Shown piece after piece: positions 57,775 to 64,000 of a stretch of 64,000 nt of DNA (position 1 is its first letter; every line of letters starts with the position of its first letter). A program made the position numbers and the translations under genes. The notes beneath the pieces were generated by a model. The model did not search any database, was not told the origin of the DNA, and was given only the letters and a program-made list of their open reading frames with translations. Source of the DNA: a virus; IMG/VR virus record IMGVR_UViG_3300044712_001218, positions 1-64,000 of that record; one strand, written 5' to 3'.

Positions 57775-59063
57775 TTCATGTACCTTTTTCTGATCATATT
57801 CCTTTTCTCATTCTGAATCTTTACCTGAGTTGTCCTTACTTTTTGACTACCATGCCGACGATAAATAGCTAAAGGTCCGGTTGAACAATAACCAAGTTTC
57901 ATCCCATTAGCTAAACATTTAAGATTAAATTCATAATCTTCACTTGTGTTTAGATCAGGGTCAAATCCTCCCAATTTCTCAAAAACCTCCCGACGATAAA
58001 ACATAGAGGCACTATGCATTGTATTTTTAAAAAGTAGGTCTTTTAAGGTCGGGACAGCAATAGGAGGTCTCCAGAGTAATTGCCTGCCTGTATTTTGATG
58101 TAATTCGATTACATCACCATGAATAAAATCAACTCCTAACCCCTCAATAGCCTTAATTGATTCCTCTATGGAATTCTCTGTCAACATATCATCCTCATGA
58201 AGATACTTGATGTATTTTCCCCTGACCTTTGGTAAAGCCCTGTTAAAATCTTCTGACCAGCTATTATTACCCTGACTAAGTATAAGCTGAACATCACTTG
58301 GTATGCTATCAATAGCATCCTTCAACCATCCTCTATCTTCTTTGTATGATATAATAACTGTAGCTTTTGCCCTATTATCAGCTATATATTGATTGACATA
58401 ATTATTAATCCAGTCAATACTCATACTGGATTCGACTGCTTGAAATATCCTTGGTTTCCCATGAAAACAGATCAGGTTCATTCCTGGTTCGATGTTAGTC
58501 ACCACTTTTGCATTCTGTGGTTTAAAATCTACTATTCCATTATTTTGAATCGCCTGCCAAAATAAATCAGGTTTAACCACCTTTCTCAGGAAATAATCCA
58601 TCCTATTTCCAGTCACCCCTTCTTTATTAAAAGACTTCCATATCTTTTTTATCTTATCTGAATTGGCAGGGACCCATACCAAACCGGTGGCTAGTTGACC
58701 TTTCTGATAAAAATCTTCCAAGGTTATAAACATAGAAGGGTCCCTTACCAATTCAAATATATTCTCAATAGACTCAATAATAGCTGTATCCAAATCAACA
58801 TATAAAAATGGTCTGTATTTCTCCATCTCCGGGGAATATAAAGCCATCCGTGACCAAGTCCCGGGCAATTCATTCTTAAGAGGAATTACCTGCAGATTAC
58901 CAAGGTCATATTCCTGACTAGCTTTATCTGATAAACAAATAATACGTGGACGTTCTATTGCCTCCCATTTCATATTAATATGACGGGAAATCAATTCAAC
59001 ATCCCTAAAAGCAAAATCACCTCCACTCCTAAGAACAACTACTATAGTCGGTTGGGTATTCAT
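57771..59063 (-). CDS. Bifunctional glycosyltransferase (GT8-like plus GT2)
   Basis: LYVDLD, CFHGKP; LHEDD, GGFD...SEDYEF. Confidence 0.8.
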   Translation of the reverse strand: MNTQPTIVVVLRSGGDFAFRDVELISRHINMKWEAIERPRIICLSDKASQEYDLGNLQVIPLKNELPGTWSRMALYSPEMEKYRPFLYVDLDTAIIESIENIFELVRDPSMFITLEDFYQKGQLATGLVWVPANSDKIKKIWKSFNKEGVTGNRMDYFLRKVVKPDLFWQAIQNNGIVDFKPQNAKVVTNIEPGMNLICFHGKPRIFQAVESSMSIDWINNYVNQYIADNRAKATVIISYKEDRGWLKDAIDSIPSDVQLILSQGNNSWSEDFNRALPKVRGKYIKYLHEDDMLTENSIEESIKAIEGLGVDFIHGDVIELHQNTGRQLLWRPPIAVPTLKDLLFKNTMHSASMFYRREVFEKLGGFDPDLNTSEDYEFNLKCLANGMKLGYCSTGPLAIYRRHGSQKVRTTQVKIQNEKRNMIRKRYMK

Positions 59064-59710
59064 AATATTTTATAATTTTTAACAGCCAATATATCTGTAC
59101 TCTCTTTTGTAATGGTATATCCTAAATTCAATAACATATGTGCTACAAATCTCATTCCACTCACTCCATAATCTTTTCCTTTATTCCCATGCCTTTGAAA
59201 GCTATCCTCAGAAAAAGACCAATCTTCATATTTAATTATATCAATATTTACTTTCTTAAAATCAATAGACTTAATAATTTCAGCATCATACCCTTCCGTA
59301 TCTATCTGCAGATAATGAATATCTTTTATATTATTCATCTTACAAATATCAGTAAAAGTAATACTAGGAGCCTGTATTTCTACAAAATCATCTCCCCAAT
59401 CATCCATAGGAAGAAGACTAAAATGTTTATCAATATAATGCCCATTACTCACACATTTTCCATTTCCATTAAATCTATTCTTAGGATGTACCAGTTTTAC
59501 CAAGCCTCTGGTCTTATCCATCACAGCAGCATTTATAATAGTACAAGAAATTCCTTTATAACTTTCCTTTATTTTATCATTTAAATCAGAATTAGGCTCC
59601 ACCAAAATCAATTGGGAGGGATGATAAGAGCGGACAAATTTATTGAATTCATCATCACCATCATTTGTACCAATCTGTACAAATACTTTATTTTGTTGTA
59701 ATTTAATCAT
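59060..59710 (-). CDS. FkbM-family methyltransferase
   Basis: QIGTNDG, VEP, LQIDTEGYD. Confidence 0.8.
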   Translation of the reverse strand: MIKLQQNKVFVQIGTNDGDDEFNKFVRSYHPSQLILVEPNSDLNDKIKESYKGISCTIINAAVMDKTRGLVKLVHPKNRFNGNGKCVSNGHYIDKHFSLLPMDDWGDDFVEIQAPSITFTDICKMNNIKDIHYLQIDTEGYDAEIIKSIDFKKVNIDIIKYEDWSFSEDSFQRHGNKGKDYGVSGMRFVAHMLLNLGYTITKESTDILAVKNYKIL

Positions 59711-60573
59711 AATAGGTTATCTGCTTTTAATAGGGTTTCCAAATAATCTTCCAACCAAATTTGATTTTCACTGTGTCCTAATTTACATTTATCAATAAGA
59801 TCAGGAACTTCCTCAGCATCCTGAAAGAATAAACAATCCTCAAATCCTGATTCAATATCATACATTTCCAAAGTATCTGATTTAACTTGCTGAATTGGAA
59901 TTGAATTTACTAATAGAGCTTCATAGAATCTGGATACCAAACCATTAGCATTTCCTAATGGGGATAAGACAAAACGATATACTGCCATCTTCTGCAAATA
60001 AGCTTCCCAGCGCTGGATTTGTGGGTCAAATACATCCAATGGACAAGTTTTTTGTAATTTCCTTATCAATTCCTTTCTCTGAGTATATTGTCCAGCAGGT
60101 CCATTCAAACTTCCAATAAACACAGCCCTATCACATTTATAGTCATAATCAATACAAATAATATCCTGATAGTTCTTAGATGGACAAAGTCTGTGTAATT
60201 TAGTCCCCAAGCGTTTGCAATCATCCACATCATAATTATAATGATAGAGATTATCAAATCCCTGTAAGAATTTATAATTATCCTCATTCCAAGAGAAAAT
60301 GGTTCCAAATATTCTCTCTGCTCCAAATACTACCACTTTTATTCCCTTATTATTACACTTCTCCACAAATCCCGGCTGATTAATTATACATTTATGAACA
60401 GAATAATGATCATCCCCTATGAATAGTATTCCAACATGATTTAAATCTTCCGTATGTAATACAATCTTTACATTTCCATATAACGCTAATAAAGCAAAAT
60501 AGTAATTTCGGAACTCACTATGTTTAGTAAATCCGAGATCACAGACTAATCCTATTTCTAATTTCCGTTTCAT
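59707..60573 (-). CDS. Glycosyltransferase (exostosin/GT47-like)
   Basis: FIGS...QR, FVLSPLGN...RFYEAL...SIPI. Confidence 0.7.
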   Translation of the reverse strand: MKRKLEIGLVCDLGFTKHSEFRNYYFALLALYGNVKIVLHTEDLNHVGILFIGDDHYSVHKCIINQPGFVEKCNNKGIKVVVFGAERIFGTIFSWNEDNYKFLQGFDNLYHYNYDVDDCKRLGTKLHRLCPSKNYQDIICIDYDYKCDRAVFIGSLNGPAGQYTQRKELIRKLQKTCPLDVFDPQIQRWEAYLQKMAVYRFVLSPLGNANGLVSRFYEALLVNSIPIQQVKSDTLEMYDIESGFEDCLFFQDAEEVPDLIDKCKLGHSENQIWLEDYLETLLKADNLL

Positions 60574-62141
60574 AGTTTAGTTATGAGATTACGCCAATAC
60601 TCAAAGTTCATTTTTCCATAATTCCAATTTCTCAGTTTAATCCTTTCAAATTCCTTATTCAAAAAATCTTCAGTAATTCTACTCCAACTATCTACAAAAC
60701 AAATAGGGAGATCATCATAAAAACGATTATTCAAATCACTCAATACAATAGGAATAGAACCCATATATAAAGTTTCCCATAACCGATGAGTATCTATTCC
60801 GTTTCCATCAGGACAAGCTACAAATTTATGATTATACACTTGATCAATATAAGTTTTAAAGGGAACCCTTTTTTCAACAGTCACCCACGATTTATCAGAA
60901 AAAAGAGTAGCTATAATTGGTCTTATATAATTAGTTTTATTATTATGATTGACATATAATAAATTCCGGAATTTCCTATCTTTCTTTAATCTCTCTACCA
61001 TATCAGTTCTATTCACTAATCCTTTATCCCACATTGTATTAGGTATTCCTATCGGAATAGATTGTACTTTTGGATTAGGAGTATTAACATTTTGAGTATA
61101 CCATTTAATAACATTATCAGGTATTTCAAAACTATCATCAACATTAATATCACTATTATGAGTGATCACAATAAATTCACCTGACAAATGACGGAGTATA
61201 TTGAATAACTGATTTACATAAAAGGTATGAGTATAAACAATATTAACATCTTTTAAATTGAAAGGATCGAATGTATTTTCCAATTTACTATAATCATCGC
61301 GGTGTTTAATATTTGGAGAATAAATAGAATCGGCAATCTTCCAAAATCTTTCACCTTGTATCCAATCAATATTTCCAGATTTGGTAGCCCACGAAATTTC
61401 CCAATAATGAACAGCATAAGATTCTGGTAATATGAATTTCTTCCCATCTCTCTTTTCAAATCCTCTATTATTAGGAAAAGGATAAAAGTAATTAGGTGGT
61501 AAAGCAACCACCCCGGGCATATATCCTTTTATCACATCAAAGAAACAACGGGTAAAGAAATAGCTACTAATCACTTTTAAAACCTCTGCCTGAGTCATAT
61601 CATGGTTCCTTTTACTTATCTCCGATACCAGATATTCAGTAATAGGATGATGAGGAATACTTCCAATTAATCCAACATATAATTCCGGTTTCATTGGATA
61701 ACCTATTCCGGTTATAAATTCAGCATAGGATAATTCATCAAAAGGTTTTAAACATTCAAAATCAGTATCAACATATAATCCACCAAACTGATTTAATATA
61801 TGATACCTTAAAAAATCACTCTTTGGTCCGTAATTACTCATAGAAGCATAGAGTGATCTATTGATTATATTTAATTCATCCAAATCTCCTTCAGTCCACA
61901 AACGGTATTCCCAATCCGGATTCATATCCCTCCAAGTGTTGGCCCACTTTTTATACTTATCCGGAAAGGGACTACCTAACCAAATTTGATGTATCTTTTT
62001 TGGAATGCTACTTTTTGATTTATCAGCATTAATAAAGTTCCGATCATAGAGTCGATCAAGAATAGCCCAGTTAGGAAAACTATCGTACTGCCTCTGGTTA
62101 AAAGCGTATGACTTTTTCATTAATATACTAAAATTACTCAT
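60570..62141 (-). CDS. Bifunctional glycosyltransferase (GT32/Och1-like plus exostosin-like)
   Basis: IPKKIHQIWLG, SDFLRY..L..FGGLYVDTD; CPDGNGIDTHRLWETLY.GSIPIV. Confidence 0.82.
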   Translation of the reverse strand: MSNFSILMKKSYAFNQRQYDSFPNWAILDRLYDRNFINADKSKSSIPKKIHQIWLGSPFPDKYKKWANTWRDMNPDWEYRLWTEGDLDELNIINRSLYASMSNYGPKSDFLRYHILNQFGGLYVDTDFECLKPFDELSYAEFITGIGYPMKPELYVGLIGSIPHHPITEYLVSEISKRNHDMTQAEVLKVISSYFFTRCFFDVIKGYMPGVVALPPNYFYPFPNNRGFEKRDGKKFILPESYAVHYWEISWATKSGNIDWIQGERFWKIADSIYSPNIKHRDDYSKLENTFDPFNLKDVNIVYTHTFYVNQLFNILRHLSGEFIVITHNSDINVDDSFEIPDNVIKWYTQNVNTPNPKVQSIPIGIPNTMWDKGLVNRTDMVERLKKDRKFRNLLYVNHNNKTNYIRPIIATLFSDKSWVTVEKRVPFKTYIDQVYNHKFVACPDGNGIDTHRLWETLYMGSIPIVLSDLNNRFYDDLPICFVDSWSRITEDFLNKEFERIKLRNWNYGKMNFEYWRNLITKL

Positions 62142-62755
62142 ATTTTAAAGTATAAAGCATCTCCCCAACTTCTTGGTTTATCATTTGTGCAAAGGCGATG
62201 AAATCCAAACTCCACTAAAAATCGGTCTAAATCCCTAACTAAACAACATCCTTTATAAACTTCTTCAAAATTAACTTCGGAATATATAATATCAATATAT
62301 TTCAAAGTATTTACTGCTCCTTTAAATACCTCCAACTCATATCCCTGAACATCTATATTAATCATATTATATTTTGAATGATCAAACATTATCATGTCTA
62401 ACTTTTCCATCATTACCGTTTCCCTCTGATCAAACACAATCTGAGGATATTGTTTTAAATGAGTCCCGGGCTCCAATACACTACTACTCATTCCATTATT
62501 TACCGTCTCTACAAACATCTGAACTTCCCCTACCTGATTTCCTAAGGCTAATTTAAAAGGAACCGCTGTAGAATCATTAGCCAAGGTTTTTAGTAACTGA
62601 TCATAATTAGATTGAAGAGGCTCAAAGAAAAGCATATTCTTTATCCCATTCCTCTTATAAATAGGATATTCCTGACCATAATGGGCTCCTATATGGATAA
62701 CTCCATTAATTTTCAAGCAATACTTCCTGATTATATCTTCCAGTTTTATAAGCAT
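62138..62755 (-). CDS. FkbM-family methyltransferase
   Basis: HIGAHYGQE, FEP, NIDVQGYELEVFKG, WGDALY. Confidence 0.85.
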   Translation of the reverse strand: MLIKLEDIIRKYCLKINGVIHIGAHYGQEYPIYKRNGIKNMLFFEPLQSNYDQLLKTLANDSTAVPFKLALGNQVGEVQMFVETVNNGMSSSVLEPGTHLKQYPQIVFDQRETVMMEKLDMIMFDHSKYNMINIDVQGYELEVFKGAVNTLKYIDIIYSEVNFEEVYKGCCLVRDLDRFLVEFGFHRLCTNDKPRSWGDALYFKI

Positions 62756-63546
62756 ACTATCCTCCCCGGTGATTCTAATCTAGTCCATCCAGCAGGACAC
62801 ATAAAATCCATATCAGTCATTGCTGGGTCATTTATATCTTTCCTCCATTGAATTGGAGTTATTACTTGTTTATCAATATTCTGATTTAAATATGCTGCCC
62901 ACCAACTAAATGTACTATTTGCAATTATATTATTATTACAGAGTCTCATCAAATCAAAGGACAAATAGTCAGGCAGATGTACTAAAGTAGCATTTTCAAA
63001 CTTATCACCACACCACGGTAGATCATCACTAAAAACATAAATATCACCTTTATCCTTTATACTATCTAAAGCATTCCTATAATAATCCAAGCCCAACAAA
63101 TAATGACCATTAGCCTGCAGATAATCACCTCTACGTACATGAATAGAAGTAGATTGATTCAATATAATCTTTTCCCTTAATTCCATATACTCTTCCGTAT
63201 ACCACCCTATAGTTACTTTGAAAATATTATATAGTTTAGGAAGGATTTCCTGAAAGTATCCCGGATGTTGCCAATATCCATAGAAATAACAATTATCCAT
63301 GGTAAGGTAGTTCATATTTTTAACATATCCGGTCTTTACTTCATTTATAATGGTACCCTTCATTCTTGGAAGAGGATGAACTATTGTATAAAATTTGTTA
63401 AGTCGGTAAGGTCTTGTTTCATCACGGTATCCATTAAACCAAGAGAGATCATAACGTACAATATGCCCATGATGTTCCAAAGTATGCCCAAAAGCATACT
63501 GGAATAATTGATTTCCCAAACCACCATATATTTTAACAATATTCAT
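62746..63546 (-). CDS. Alpha-1,2-fucosyltransferase-like (GT11)
   Basis: GGLGNQLFQY, GYWQ, HVRRGDY, FSDD..W, IIANSTFSWWAAYL. Confidence 0.9.
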   Translation of the reverse strand: MNIVKIYGGLGNQLFQYAFGHTLEHHGHIVRYDLSWFNGYRDETRPYRLNKFYTIVHPLPRMKGTIINEVKTGYVKNMNYLTMDNCYFYGYWQHPGYFQEILPKLYNIFKVTIGWYTEEYMELREKIILNQSTSIHVRRGDYLQANGHYLLGLDYYRNALDSIKDKGDIYVFSDDLPWCGDKFENATLVHLPDYLSFDLMRLCNNNIIANSTFSWWAAYLNQNIDKQVITPIQWRKDINDPAMTDMDFMCPAGWTRLESPGRIVCL

Positions 63547-64000
63547 AGCATTCTTCTAAAGCAACTTTTCTAAACTGAGTTATAGAACTATCTGGTGATA
63601 AATTGAGTATTTCTACCCCTAATTTCTTAGCATCAATGTCAATTTGTTTAAATCCCATTAGATGCATATCAAAAGGCATTTCCATTGCTTTGCGAGGATT
63701 ACGTGATTCCATCCTATGATAAACATCATGCCAATGTTGTGCCTTATTATCCCCTAACTTCATATCAAATCCCAATAACATTATTCTCTTTGCCCCCATA
63801 TGAACTGCCAAACTGATGGAAGCAGCTCCTGAATTATGATTCCAACTTACTTTTCTAGGATCAGGACTTATTCCTTTTACATGATTAACATCTCTAGCTA
63901 CATATTTAATCCATGGTTCTCTTGCAGCATGAGGATCACAGCAAACCTTTAAACCTGGAAATTCAGCTAACTTATGTTCATTCTTAAGGAAAAAGCTATG
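63533..64000 (-). CDS. DUF115/Maf-like transferase (5' partial)
   Basis: Frame open to the window edge; NSGAASISLAVHMGAKRIMLLGFDM, NLSPDS. Confidence 0.6.
   Translation of the reverse strand, partial: HSFFLKNEHKLAEFPGLKVCCDPHAAREPWIKYVARDVNHVKGISPDPRKVSWNHNSGAASISLAVHMGAKRIMLLGFDMKLGDNKAQHWHDVYHRMESRNPRKAMEMPFDMHLMGFKQIDIDAKKLGVEILNLSPDSSITQFRKVALEECYEYC

Noticed and set aside
1-64000. Stop-codon reassignment
   Set aside because: Genes are intact and densely packed under code 11, ending in TAA, TGA and TAG.

Overview
About 64 kb of a tailed dsDNA phage genome with siphovirus-type tail genes. No integrase or repressor was recognised in the window. The host is probably Bacteroidota, inferred from A-rich leaders without Shine-Dalgarno sites, TTTG-N19-21-TAnnTTTG-like promoters, and signal peptides ending in Gln. 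Layout: (1) 5' part of a terminase small subunit on the minus strand (1-491) and a ~1.4 kb non-coding divergent region. (2) A plus-strand early region of small genes (1.9-7.7 kb) containing four type I hammerhead ribozymes, each predicted to cleave 18-23 nt upstream of a start codon, plus other structured intergenic RNAs. (3) A replication/recombination block: SNF2 helicase, primase, initiator with iteron-like repeats, DnaB, beta clamp, clamp loader, a split family A polymerase with a UDG-like domain and an intein, SSB, RecA, RuvC-like nuclease, and split SbcC with SbcD. (4) Embedded in that block, a 7-deazaguanine DNA-modification cluster (queD, queE, queC, PRTase-folE, dpdA-like) followed by three mini-paralogs of the DpdA N-terminus. 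(5) A minus-strand late operon with an 8-gene glycosyl/methyl/sulfotransferase cluster, head-tail and tail genes, a -1 frameshifted tail chaperone, tape measure protein, two large signal-peptide-bearing proteins and lysis genes. All calls come from manual motif recognition and hand pairing; no database search or folding program was run.
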